Source of the DNA: a virus
Virus record (IMG/VR): IMGVR_UViG_3300045119_000180
Span: 32,001-96,000 of that record
Direction: 5' to 3' (one strand)
Length of the DNA stretch: 64,000 nt
The position numbers and the translations under genes are program-made. Below are positions 25,984 to 35,602 of this stretch, piece after piece. The stretch's first letter is position 1. Every line of letters starts with the position of its first letter. Under the pieces are notes generated by a model that ran no database searches, was not told where the DNA came from, and worked only from the letters and a program-made list of their open reading frames with translations.

Positions 25984-26668
25984 ATCATGCCAGCGCGATA
26001 AATACGCCGGCTGCCATTGGGCAATTAGAGAGACGTATGCCAACACTCTGCCAGCTGGCGTAGATCTTTATTTTGTTATGGGCGGCCCTAGGATAGAACT
26101 GCCGTCAGAAATCTTAAAAGACGAATTATGGTTCGACGTAGACGACGGCTATTGGGAGCTACAGCCTAAAGTCAAATTGGCTTGTAAATATATAGTTGAC
26201 AATAACTACGATTTTTGTTATTTTGCAGACACTGACAGTTATTTAATCGTGCAAGAATTGCTCAAATCCGGGTTCGAAAAGTACGACTTTTCAGGCGGCC
26301 ATTTGTGCGGCCGTAATCACGGAGAGAATCAATTTGGCGTTAAATATCCGGCTTATAAAGACAGCCACGGAGCGACATTGCCGCACCTTTATGTCTATCT
26401 GTCCGGAGGCGTAGGCTTTTTCGTGTCAAACAAGGCGGCTAAAGCATTGGCCGAGACGGATATGTACTTTCATTCAGAGGATGTCTGGGCCGGCCAAGTC
26501 ATCGGCCCGTTTATAGAGCGTGGCGAGATGACAGCTAGTCTGCTGCCGTTCGTAGAGCATCATTCGGCCTGGCATCTTAATTGTGGCTATTACGGCGGCG
26601 GACATACGGAACGGCTTAATGCCGGTGATGCAGTAAGGCGTAAGCATAAGGACCTTGGGTATATATAA
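25961..26668 (+). CDS. GT31-like glycosyltransferase (tandem paralog)
   Basis: IRETYA, DGYWELQPKV, ADTDSY, SGGVGF..S, SEDVWAG. Confidence 0.8.
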   Translation: MKIAIVIKSCQRDKYAGCHWAIRETYANTLPAGVDLYFVMGGPRIELPSEILKDELWFDVDDGYWELQPKVKLACKYIVDNNYDFCYFADTDSYLIVQELLKSGFEKYDFSGGHLCGRNHGENQFGVKYPAYKDSHGATLPHLYVYLSGGVGFFVSNKAAKALAETDMYFHSEDVWAGQVIGPFIERGEMTASLLPFVEHHSAWHLNCGYYGGGHTERLNAGDAVRRKHKDLGYI

Positions 26669-26889
26669 TGAGTGAATTCATCGATGATGAAATCGAGCGG
26701 GCGGGATTGAGTATCAGTGCCCAAGCAGGGCAGTGGGTACGCGACAAGCTAGCCGAGGCGGGTATCAGCCAGGAAGAGATTGACCACATCATGCATGAAG
26801 CGGTTAAGGACGTGATTGTGTCGGCTGTATGTCCGTATTGTCAAGGATATAAGTTAACCCGCAAACCGTGTCCGTGTTGCGAAAGATAA
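26668..26889 (+). CDS. small Zn-ribbon protein
   Basis: CPYC...CPCC. Confidence 0.55.
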   Translation: MSEFIDDEIERAGLSISAQAGQWVRDKLAEAGISQEEIDHIMHEAVKDVIVSAVCPYCQGYKLTRKPCPCCER

Positions 26890-26897
26890 AGGAGATT

Positions 26898-27698
26898 ATG
26901 CGCATCTTAGTTACAGGAAGTTCCAGCTACATTGCTTCAGGCGTTTTACCGCGGCTTTATAGGGCTTTTCCGACGGCGCTGATCTCTTTATGCGATCTTA
27001 AGAACGGCCAGGATTTCGGCGAATTTAAAGGTCATCACTTCAACGTCGTACTACATATCGGCGCATTAAGTACGATTGTCGACTCCGGTAGCAAGGCTGA
27101 TTATATGCTGGACGTCAACGCTTTCCGAATCTTGAAGTTTCTACGTAATAACACGGTTGATAAAATCTTATTCCCGTCAACTGGAGGAGCTATTTATGGC
27201 AATAGGACGACGCCAGCTAAAGAGTCAGATGCTACTTGGAGCGGGTGTGTTAATCCTTACAGCCAGTCTAAGTATATCGCTGAAAGGATTATTCGGGAAT
27301 TATGCCACAATCATACGATTCTTAGGCTTGGTAACGTCTTTGGTGGTGATATGGATAGCCGGACAGAGGCGTTGGTTTTGACGCATTTTGCGCATGACAA
27401 TCCAATTATTGTTTACGGTGGTGATCAGACCAGGGATTTCGTCCATCTAGACGTCGTTAGCGAAGCGTTCATTAAAGCTATCCAACTAGATGTCACCGGG
27501 ACTTTTAATATCGCTAATGGCGAGTCTATCCGATTGATGGACCTAGCGGAGAAATTTTCGGCTTATCGTCAGGTGCCAATTGAAATGCGTCCGCACAGGC
27601 CTGAAGAGATGATTGATGTGGCGTTGGATGTCACGGCAGCCAAAAAGGCCGGATTGATTCCGAAGAAACAGAAGAACGATTATCTAGGGGTTCTTTAA
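26898..27698 (+). CDS. NAD-dependent sugar epimerase/dehydratase
   Basis: ILVTGSSSYIA, STGGAIYG, YSQSK, R.GNVFG, QTRDFVH. Confidence 0.9.
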   Translation: MRILVTGSSSYIASGVLPRLYRAFPTALISLCDLKNGQDFGEFKGHHFNVVLHIGALSTIVDSGSKADYMLDVNAFRILKFLRNNTVDKILFPSTGGAIYGNRTTPAKESDATWSGCVNPYSQSKYIAERIIRELCHNHTILRLGNVFGGDMDSRTEALVLTHFAHDNPIIVYGGDQTRDFVHLDVVSEAFIKAIQLDVTGTFNIANGESIRLMDLAEKFSAYRQVPIEMRPHRPEEMIDVALDVTAAKKAGLIPKKQKNDYLGVL

Positions 27699-28312
27699 TG
27701 CCACAAACTTGGCCGCCTCAAACGGAATTGTGCGAATTAGCTACGAAATACGGTACAGATAAATACAATTGGCATTCCTACACTCCACACTATCACCGCC
27801 TGCTTAACGACCGCCGCAACGAAGTCCGTAAAGTTCTGGAGATCGGTATTGGCGACCCGTCTAGTATGTCAGATCCGACTGGCAAGCCTTACGTCCCCGG
27901 TGCCAGTTTGCGTATGTGGGCCGAATATTTCCCGAACGCCGAAATTTATTCTTTGGATAGTCAGGCTAATCTTCTGATCAACGAAGGCCGGATCCGTTCT
28001 TTCCAGTGCGACCAAGGCGACCGGCATAGTTTAGAAATGGCTATGCCAAAGCTAGGCGCGGGCTTTGATCTTATCGTCGACGATGGCAGCCATGTTCCAG
28101 AGCATCAAGCGTTGACGGCTACAATGTACGTGCCGCTATTGGCGCCGAACGGCGTTTATATCATTGAGGACGTCTGGCTGTATCCCAGTCAGGTCGGTTG
28201 GTCCAAGGAGCCGTTCGGATTGAAACTGGAAGATATCCCGTATAAAACGGAAGTACTTTACGGCGAAGGCAATAATGACGACAGATTGATTTTAATAAAG
28301 GCTGGCAGATGA
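27698..28312 (+). CDS. SAM-dependent sugar O-methyltransferase (MycE/TylE-like)
   Basis: KYGTDK..WHSY, VLEIGI, GASLRMW..YFP, DLIVDDGSH, YIIED. Confidence 0.8.
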   Translation: MPQTWPPQTELCELATKYGTDKYNWHSYTPHYHRLLNDRRNEVRKVLEIGIGDPSSMSDPTGKPYVPGASLRMWAEYFPNAEIYSLDSQANLLINEGRIRSFQCDQGDRHSLEMAMPKLGAGFDLIVDDGSHVPEHQALTATMYVPLLAPNGVYIIEDVWLYPSQVGWSKEPFGLKLEDIPYKTEVLYGEGNNDDRLILIKAGR

Positions 28313-28484
28313 ATTGGCGTCTTAATGTAGCTAGTTTACTAGCGATTGTGTTAACACTTATTTATGGCTCAGGATTGTGTTTTGCTGTAGCTCATAAAGA
28401 TAAATTAGGAATTATGGTGTTCGGTGTTGCGGTCCTTATTTGTGGTTTTATGTCTTGGGCATCGGGTTTTGCAAGGCCAAAACC

Positions 28485-29363
28485 ATGAAAATCATCCAGT
28501 GCAACGACTGCAATCCGGAATTGATTCAACCTCAATATGCATCGTTTAAAAAGCATCTTCAAGACGACTTTCAAATGGTTATCTGTAACAGTCTAGAGAT
28601 GGCTAGAGACCCGCGAAAGTGCCAAGAAGTATTAGACGTATGTCATTTGTTAGGTATAGAAACTGTCCAGGCGAAACGCGACAAATCAATTGAACTGTAT
28701 CGCAATACCAACTTTACTTACGGTAGCCCAGAGCCGTTCTTTTCTCCGGAAGGCCGCTTCTGGACGCCCGGCAATGCCGGCAATTATCTTATGCAATGGT
28801 CATGGGAAAAGATCGTCTGCAAACTTAATGGTCCTATTTGCTATACGCATAGCGATGTCTTTCTAATCGAGCCTATTAGATTTACAGACTATCTAAAAGA
28901 CTATCAAATATGTTCAATTCTGCCGAATAAGCCAGCCCAAAAAGGTCATGGCTTTATGCAATATCTTTGGGAGCCGCTATTGTTGGTCGATATGGATAGG
29001 CTGCCCAGCCCGGAAACAATGATTTGGTGGCCTAGCGAAGTTGAAAACGAATGGACGGATACCGGAGGCAGGACGTATTACTATCTACGTGACCATCCGG
29101 AATTAAAGGTTCTAGAATTAGGCCAGTCGAGCAGTATAATAGGCGATGCGCCTAATGACGACGATTTTAAGGATCCGACAGTAGACTTTCATCCAACAAG
29201 ATATCGCTTCATTCATTTCCCAGATAAACGGGCGTTTCATTATATGTCAGGGACCAGGTGGTGTACAGATTCGGAGCACGGGTGGAATTGGCCAAAAGAA
29301 AAGGCTGATGAATACCACCGACGAAAGATGGCTTGGACTCGTAAACTAGCAGGTATTGAATGA
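28485..29363 (+). CDS. putative GT-A glycosyltransferase
   Basis: Q..SFKKHL, HSDVFLI (DxD variant), TDTGG, HY..GT.W. Confidence 0.6.
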   Translation: MKIIQCNDCNPELIQPQYASFKKHLQDDFQMVICNSLEMARDPRKCQEVLDVCHLLGIETVQAKRDKSIELYRNTNFTYGSPEPFFSPEGRFWTPGNAGNYLMQWSWEKIVCKLNGPICYTHSDVFLIEPIRFTDYLKDYQICSILPNKPAQKGHGFMQYLWEPLLLVDMDRLPSPETMIWWPSEVENEWTDTGGRTYYYLRDHPELKVLELGQSSSIIGDAPNDDDFKDPTVDFHPTRYRFIHFPDKRAFHYMSGTRWCTDSEHGWNWPKEKADEYHRRKMAWTRKLAGIE

Positions 29364-30319
29364 ATGTAGCTCTTATTGGCGCGGGTAAAATTGGTAGAAT
29401 CCGGGCGGAAGTTATTCGTCAGTCTGAATCACGATTGGTGGCTGTTCATGATGCCAACGATATTGCTGCAGCTAAATTAGGTCTTCCGGTTTCTTTGGAC
29501 TTTATTATGACGGCTAAAGACATTAATGCAGTCGTAATTTGTACGCCTACTAAATACCACATGCCTATCGCGGTATCGGCGTTACACGCCGGTAAGCACG
29601 TTCTTTGTGAAAAGCCGCTAGGGCGGACATTACAAGAAGCTAAACTGGTAGTTCAAAATGTTTTGCCAGGGCAGATTCTGCATTCCGGATTTAATTACCG
29701 CCATTTAAGCCATGTAAAACGAGCGAAGAAGATTATCGAAAGCGGCGTTCTCGGTGATTTGATGTTCTTTCGTTCCCGTTTTGGGAACGGCGGCCGACCG
29801 GGGTATGGAAAAGAATGGTGTACGCAGAAGGATCTTGGTGGTGGCGGCGTAACGATCGAGCAGGCAATTCATGTCTTTGATCTTATTTCGTTTCTTTTCG
29901 GAGACCCTGAGCGAATTGTAGCAAATATGGATCTTTGCTATCACGGTTTTCCCGATACTGAAGATAATGTCTTTTGTATGATTAAAACGTCTGGCGGTAC
30001 AGCCACCGTGCATGTTAGCTGGACGCAATGGACGAATCTCTTTGAAGTAGAGATATTCGGCACAGAAGGTTATCTAAGGCTGGAAGGTCGTGACGGCTCT
30101 TATGGCCCGCCAAGGCTGTATCACGGCATCAGGAACGATGACCATACGCGGCCTTTCGAGCATGAAATTGACCTGCCGGATGAAAGTAGTTGGGCTTTAG
30201 ACTGGGCTGAATTCGAACAAGAAGTAGAATCCGGAATTAATGGTGCGTATGGATTAATGGCGCAGCGAATGGTTGAAGCTGCTTATAAAAGTGTAGATAA
30301 AGGCTGGGTTAATATATGA
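29360..30319 (+). CDS. Gfo/Idh/MocA NAD(P)-dependent oxidoreductase
   Basis: IGAGKIG, GKHVLCEKP, GFNYR, GGG....AIH..D. Confidence 0.9.
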   Translation: MNVALIGAGKIGRIRAEVIRQSESRLVAVHDANDIAAAKLGLPVSLDFIMTAKDINAVVICTPTKYHMPIAVSALHAGKHVLCEKPLGRTLQEAKLVVQNVLPGQILHSGFNYRHLSHVKRAKKIIESGVLGDLMFFRSRFGNGGRPGYGKEWCTQKDLGGGGVTIEQAIHVFDLISFLFGDPERIVANMDLCYHGFPDTEDNVFCMIKTSGGTATVHVSWTQWTNLFEVEIFGTEGYLRLEGRDGSYGPPRLYHGIRNDDHTRPFEHEIDLPDESSWALDWAEFEQEVESGINGAYGLMAQRMVEAAYKSVDKGWVNI

Positions 30320-30951
30320 AAGCCTGGATAGTCGGAGCATCCGGAACAATCGGCGGTGCTATTGCGGATAGGTTTCATAACGAAGGCGTTGAGGTCTTTA
30401 GGAAAAAGGTGGAAATAACGGATTATTATGCCATATCATCAACGGCTAATGCCGTCCGACCCGACATTGTAGTTAACTGCGCAGGCGTTTATATTTACGG
30501 AGCTTTTGGCGGTTCTATATTAGATTGGACGAGTGTTATAGATGTAAATCTTACAGGTAGTTTTCATCTTACTAGGGCTGTTCTGCCTAACATGCTTGCT
30601 AAAGGTGGTGGAAAGATTATTCACCTATCAGGCGGGGGTGCTGCTTATGGTCGGCGGCTTTATTCTGCCTATGCGGCCTCAAAAGCTGGCTTGGTAAGGT
30701 TCGTGGAGTGCGTAGCCGAAGAAGTTGAACAATTTAACGTCCAGATCAATTGTATCGCGCCAGGCTCTGTTAAGAGCAAGATGAATCCTAAAGGCACTGA
30801 AACGCCTCAAAAAGCTGTCGAGCTGGCAATGTATCTAGCCTCGCCTGAATCGAGTCACGTAACCGGCCGGTTAATACACGTCAACGAAGACTATAGAAAT
30901 AAGACTGTTTGGGGCGACGAAGACGGCAAGCTTCGAAGGATGCCTTTATGA
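30316..30951 (+). CDS. short-chain dehydrogenase/reductase
   Basis: GASGTIG, NCAG, YAASK, NCIAPG. Confidence 0.9.
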   Translation: MKAWIVGASGTIGGAIADRFHNEGVEVFRKKVEITDYYAISSTANAVRPDIVVNCAGVYIYGAFGGSILDWTSVIDVNLTGSFHLTRAVLPNMLAKGGGKIIHLSGGGAAYGRRLYSAYAASKAGLVRFVECVAEEVEQFNVQINCIAPGSVKSKMNPKGTETPQKAVELAMYLASPESSHVTGRLIHVNEDYRNKTVWGDEDGKLRRMPL

Positions 30952-31241
30952 AAGAATGTAATAGCCAGCCTGTACTCAAAAGCTGCCCTGAGTGCCAGAG
31001 TAAGAAATTGACGTACGGTGGGTATGGGAATACCTTGCTCGGATGTTATAGTCCACCGGGACACGACCACGACAATAATTGTAAAATACATTATTGGAAG
31101 TGCGAAAATGGGCATGATATCAGGGAAAGACAGATTAATGTTTGCCCGGCTGAAGGGTGCAATTGGACATCTGGACAAGATTGTTTTTGCTCCCCTTTAG
31201 GCGCGTGGATAGCTAAAATGGGTCCAGGGATGTATCAATGA
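30948..31241 (+). CDS. Cys/His-rich hypothetical protein
   Basis: CPEC, HDHDNNC, CENGH. Confidence 0.55.
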   Translation: MKECNSQPVLKSCPECQSKKLTYGGYGNTLLGCYSPPGHDHDNNCKIHYWKCENGHDIRERQINVCPAEGCNWTSGQDCFCSPLGAWIAKMGPGMYQ

Positions 31242-32215
31242 TAATTGTCAAAAGTCCGATGCGGATTACACTTGGTGGAGGCGGTACGGATCTGCCGTCG
31301 TATGCTGACAAATACGGAAGTTCAGTCCTTTCTGCAGCTATAAATAAATACGTTTATGTCACGGTTAACGAATCGTTCCGTAATCGAATTACGCTGAAGT
31401 ATTCAAAGATTGAAGACGTTCAAACACCGGACGAAATCGAGCATCCGGTTATTAAAGCAGCTTTGAAGTTTTTAAAAATTGATGGCTCAGTCGACATTGA
31501 CAGCATTTCAGATATTCCCGCAGGAACGGGGCTCGGTTCGTCCGGTAGTTTCACGACTGCACTTTTACAGGCTCTTCATTTGTTTAAGCGGGAAACAATA
31601 ACCAAATGCCAATTGGCGGAGCAAGCCTTTCATATCGAACATGACATTCTTAATCAGCATTGCGGTCGACAAGACCAATATATTGCCGCTGTCGGGGGTT
31701 TGACCATCCTCCGTTTCGGCTTAGATGATATTGGTTATAGGCCCTTGGACATAAGCCGAGAAACTTTAGCTAATCTAGAAGAAGGGCTGATGCTTTTCTT
31801 TACTGGTTACTCCAGATTGGCCACTGGTATTCTTAGTGAGCAGGACATTAGATTACAGCAGGACGACGCCAGAATAACCGAAAATTTGCATCAGATAAAG
31901 GATCTAGGAAGGGCTACTCAGATAGCATTAACGCACGGAGATCTCAACGAATTTTCCAATTTAATGCTTCATCATTGGGATCTTAAACGGGTTCGTTCTA
32001 CGGGTACTACCAATGACGAAATCGACAGATTGTACGAATTAGGGCTTGCAAACGGCGCATTAAGTGGTAAATTAGTAGGAGCAGGTGGAGGCGGCTTTCT
32101 ATTGTTTTATACGGAAGATCGTCAAAGGCTTCGTTCAAGTATGCTTAAAGCCGGATTAAGAGAGGTCAGAATAAGATTCGATTTTGAAGGCACATCGATC
32201 GTGGCTCATATATGA
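31238..32215 (+). CDS. hddA: GHMP sugar-phosphate kinase (HddA/LmbP-like)
   Basis: PMRITLGGGGTD, PAGTGLGSSG, GRQDQY, GKLVGAGGGGF. Confidence 0.88.
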   Translation: MIIVKSPMRITLGGGGTDLPSYADKYGSSVLSAAINKYVYVTVNESFRNRITLKYSKIEDVQTPDEIEHPVIKAALKFLKIDGSVDIDSISDIPAGTGLGSSGSFTTALLQALHLFKRETITKCQLAEQAFHIEHDILNQHCGRQDQYIAAVGGLTILRFGLDDIGYRPLDISRETLANLEEGLMLFFTGYSRLATGILSEQDIRLQQDDARITENLHQIKDLGRATQIALTHGDLNEFSNLMLHHWDLKRVRSTGTTNDEIDRLYELGLANGALSGKLVGAGGGGFLLFYTEDRQRLRSSMLKAGLREVRIRFDFEGTSIVAHI

Positions 32216-32433
32216 TATACTCAATATTTTTCGTCTTGTTTTGGTTAATATGTTATTTTCTTTCGTTCGGGTCGATAGTCGCATATTTTGACGATCAGGA
32301 TGGTGAATGGCCGGGTACAACTAAACGATACGCACTGGCAGTTGCGTGCTTGTTTAGTCTTTTCGGCCCGTTCAGTTTGTTTGTTATGTGGGTTCACGGA
32401 GATCTTTTTAAACACGGTTGGCGGCTGATATGA
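32212..32433 (+). CDS. small two-TM membrane protein
   Basis: Two hydrophobic helices; ATGA coupling. Confidence 0.55.
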   Translation: MIYSIFFVLFWLICYFLSFGSIVAYFDDQDGEWPGTTKRYALAVACLFSLFGPFSLFVMWVHGDLFKHGWRLI

Positions 32434-33476
32434 TATTTACACGAAAATATCTCAACGAAGTGATAGAAATTAGCAGACAAATAGACGAAGATCAGATTAC
32501 AAAGGCTGTCGATATCCTAGCCAACCTGCAGGGCCGGCTGTTCATATTGGGCGTAGGCGGCAGCGCGGCCAATTGTAGCCACGCCGTTAATGACTTCAGA
32601 AAGATCGCCAATATTGAGGCTTATGCGCCGACGGATAACATTGCGGAGCTGACGGCCAGGACGAACGATGACGGCTGGCCATCCGTCTTTGAGAACTGGC
32701 TAAAGGTTAGCAAGCTGAACAGTCAAGACGTTCTTCTAGTTCTTTCGGTCGGGGGCGGAAGCGCTACAACCAGCAAGAATCTCCTTCTGGCAATGGAGCT
32801 AGCAGTTGAAAAGAAAGCAAAGATCATTTCGGTTGTTGGCCGAAAAGATGGTGCGGCCGGCCGATTGTCGGATGTTTGCATTCTTATCCCTAACGTTTCA
32901 GAAGAACGAGTTACGCCGCATACAGAGTCGTTTCAAGCTATCGTGTGGCATCTTATAGTCAATCACCCGAAACTGAAGGCCGGACGGAAGAACAAAGCGG
33001 TCTTTCTAGACCGAGATGGAACGCTTAATGCGTTGTTTGATCAACGAGCCCCGAGGAATTTAAATGAGTTTCTCCTTTTCCCGGATGCTCTACCAGCGCT
33101 CAACGAATTAAAACAAGCTGGGTTTAAATTGATCGTGGTAACTAATCAACCAGACATCTCTCGCGGGGAAAACACATCAGAAGCTGTCAACGCTATTAAT
33201 CAAGAATTGATGAACAAATTGCCGGTTGATCATGTTTATCTGTGCTCTCATTCGGACGAGGATAACTGTTTGTGCCGAAAACCGAAGACTGGTATGTATA
33301 CACTAGCTGTGGATAAGTACAATTTGGATATAACTAAATGCTATATGATTGGGGATACGTCGCGGGATGTAGACGCGGGGTACAACGCCGGGTGTAAAAA
33401 GACATTTCAATTAAGAGACGGAATAAACTTAAAAAGAATTGTAAAAGAAATACTGAAGGATTCTAATGGACATTAA
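32430..33476 (+). CDS. fusion of SIS phosphoheptose isomerase (GmhA/LmbN-like) and HAD bisphosphatase (GmhB/LmbK-like)
   Basis: GVGGSAANCSHAVND, ELTARTND, S.GG.S; then FLDRDGTLN, VTNQ, CxH...CxCRKP, MIGD...D. Confidence 0.9.
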   Translation: MIFTRKYLNEVIEISRQIDEDQITKAVDILANLQGRLFILGVGGSAANCSHAVNDFRKIANIEAYAPTDNIAELTARTNDDGWPSVFENWLKVSKLNSQDVLLVLSVGGGSATTSKNLLLAMELAVEKKAKIISVVGRKDGAAGRLSDVCILIPNVSEERVTPHTESFQAIVWHLIVNHPKLKAGRKNKAVFLDRDGTLNALFDQRAPRNLNEFLLFPDALPALNELKQAGFKLIVVTNQPDISRGENTSEAVNAINQELMNKLPVDHVYLCSHSDEDNCLCRKPKTGMYTLAVDKYNLDITKCYMIGDTSRDVDAGYNAGCKKTFQLRDGINLKRIVKEILKDSNGH

Positions 33477-34167
33477 AATCTTTGCTGACGGCGCCGATAA
33501 AAAGACGATTCTTGAACTGGCTAACAATCCTTTGATCCGTGGCCTGACGACCAATCCAACATTGATGCGCAAGGCCGGCATTAAGGACTATAAAGCGTTC
33601 TGCAAGGATCTTTTGCCCGCAGTCAGCCATCTGCCTATTTCCTTCGAAGTCTTTGAAGACAGCCCGTTGTTGATCTACCACCAAGCCTTGGAGATTGCTT
33701 CGTGGGGCAGTAATGTCTACGTCAAAATCCCAGTAACAAATACTCAAAGACGCGAGATGTATCCGATTATTAACCAACTCAGCCGAGAGGGTGTCAAGGT
33801 TAACGTCACAGCGATTATGACTCTTGACCAGGTTCTGGATTCTGCAGAAGCGCTGAGCCATTCAACGCCAAGTTACATTTCGGTCTTCGCCGGTCGAATC
33901 GCGGATACCGGCAGGGATCCCATTCCGCGGATGGCTAAAGCGCTTAAGATCATCCGCGATATCAGCCCGCAGACGGAATTGATCTGGGCCAGCCCTCGTG
34001 AAGTATTAAATATTGTTCAAGCCGATGAAATTGGCTGTGACATCATAACGGCTACGAAAGACATCCTGGATAAGCTGCCGCTTCTAGGTAAGAACCTTGA
34101 TGACTATAGTCTCGACACCGTTAAGATGTTTTATAAAGATGCCCAAGAGTCCGGGTATAAGCTATGA
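33466..34167 (+). CDS. transaldolase (short type associated with sugar-nucleotide clusters, LmbR-like)
   Basis: IFADGA, TTNPTL, YVKIP, NVTAI, YISVFAGRIAD, WASPRE. Confidence 0.9.
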   Translation: MDIKIFADGADKKTILELANNPLIRGLTTNPTLMRKAGIKDYKAFCKDLLPAVSHLPISFEVFEDSPLLIYHQALEIASWGSNVYVKIPVTNTQRREMYPIINQLSREGVKVNVTAIMTLDQVLDSAEALSHSTPSYISVFAGRIADTGRDPIPRMAKALKIIRDISPQTELIWASPREVLNIVQADEIGCDIITATKDILDKLPLLGKNLDDYSLDTVKMFYKDAQESGYKL

Positions 34168-34979
34168 TTACTACGATGCTTCAAGGGGGCATGAGTAATC
34201 AACAATTCCAATATGCGATGGGCTACGCTCGTGCCAAGGATCTAGGAGTCGAGTTGGAGTTGGACATCACTCTTCTGCAGAATGACAGGATGCGGAAATA
34301 CTCAATGGGTCTGTGGGCCGGAGTTAAAGAGAATTTGACGTTTGGTAAGCGGTCGACAGTTAATGAAAGGCAGATGCCTTACGATATAGATTTGGTGACG
34401 GACATTAAAGACGGCGATGTATTACGTGGATATTTTCAGGATGAGAGGTATTTTAAGCAGTATCGCAAAGAACTGTTGGAGATATTTCGCCCGAAGCAAA
34501 TGCTATCTGATCGAGGGTTTGAAACAGTAAAGAAGATTTATCAAAAAGGGCACCAAAGTACTTTTCTTACTGTACGCCGAACGGACTATCTTAATTCAGA
34601 CTATCACGGTGTTCTGGACATGGCGTACTATTTAGAAGCTTGCCGGATAGTGGCTGAGCACGTTCCGCCATACTTCTTCGTGTTTTCTGATGAGCCCGAA
34701 TGGTGCAAGAAGAATTTTCAAATCCCATATCCTTTCGAAGTAGTAGGAACGTATGACCAGACCAATCACGATCATCTAGGCCGTGAAGACGAAGACTTGT
34801 GGCTGATGAGCCGCTGTAAAAACGCTGTGCTAGCAAACTCCTCGTTTTCATTCTGGGGTGCTTGGATGTCTCCTTACGATACAGAGAACCGCATGGTAGT
34901 TGGTCCTAAGAAATGGTTTGCCAACGCACCAGGGGTCGACTCTAGCGAAGTTATTCCGAAACGGTGGACGGCGATATGA
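34164..34979 (+). CDS. GT11 (alpha-1,2-fucosyltransferase-like) glycosyltransferase
   Basis: GGMSNQQFQYA, GYFQ, VRRTDY, FVFSD, NSSFSFWGAW. Confidence 0.9.
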   Translation: MITTMLQGGMSNQQFQYAMGYARAKDLGVELELDITLLQNDRMRKYSMGLWAGVKENLTFGKRSTVNERQMPYDIDLVTDIKDGDVLRGYFQDERYFKQYRKELLEIFRPKQMLSDRGFETVKKIYQKGHQSTFLTVRRTDYLNSDYHGVLDMAYYLEACRIVAEHVPPYFFVFSDEPEWCKKNFQIPYPFEVVGTYDQTNHDHLGREDEDLWLMSRCKNAVLANSSFSFWGAWMSPYDTENRMVVGPKKWFANAPGVDSSEVIPKRWTAI

Positions 34980-35602
34980 GTTTTTACGATTTCCCTAAGC
35001 ATCTTCTGGATCTACAGGCTAAACAGCACGAACGATATTGGCACGATGCCGGCAATTATATGCTTATCGGTCAATTCAAGTTAGATCACGATAGTGTAGT
35101 TATAGATGTCGGAGGCTATAAGGGTAATTTTACCGCATCTATTCTCGATAAGTATAATTGTATAGTTGATGTATACGAGCCGGTTAAAACTTTTGCGGAA
35201 GACATCGAAAAACGCTTTTACGATAATAAATGGGTTACAGTTCACAATTATGCCTTAGAAGATCGCGACTATACTGTTCCGATAGCCGGCATGGACGAAG
35301 GCAGCAGTATATTTTTTCCTTGCGATAAAGACGCCGAGAAAGTTGAAGTCCGCGATGTCGTTAAGGAGATATATGGCGATGCGGATCTTCTAGCGCTGAA
35401 CGGCGAGGGCTGCGAGTATCCGGTTCTGGAGCGGTTAATTGAAACCGGTAAGATTAAGGATATTAAAAACATTTTAGTTCAGTTTCATATCTTTGTCCCA
35501 GGTGCTGAAAATCGCCGTAATAAAATTAGAGAAGAATTAAACAAGACGCACAAGGAAATGTTCTGCTACGATTTCTGCTGGGAGGCCTGGACACTTAAAT
35601 GA
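34976..35602 (+). CDS. FkbM-family methyltransferase
   Basis: VIDVGGYKG, YEPV, LNGEGCEY, VQFH. Confidence 0.85.
   Translation: MSFYDFPKHLLDLQAKQHERYWHDAGNYMLIGQFKLDHDSVVIDVGGYKGNFTASILDKYNCIVDVYEPVKTFAEDIEKRFYDNKWVTVHNYALEDRDYTVPIAGMDEGSSIFFPCDKDAEKVEVRDVVKEIYGDADLLALNGEGCEYPVLERLIETGKIKDIKNILVQFHIFVPGAENRRNKIREELNKTHKEMFCYDFCWEAWTLK

Noticed and set aside
33466-34167. Cyanophage-type talC photosynthesis/PPP auxiliary gene
   Set aside because: No zwf, gnd, cp12 or psb genes; it is embedded in a sugar-nucleotide operon and has WASPRE-type motifs
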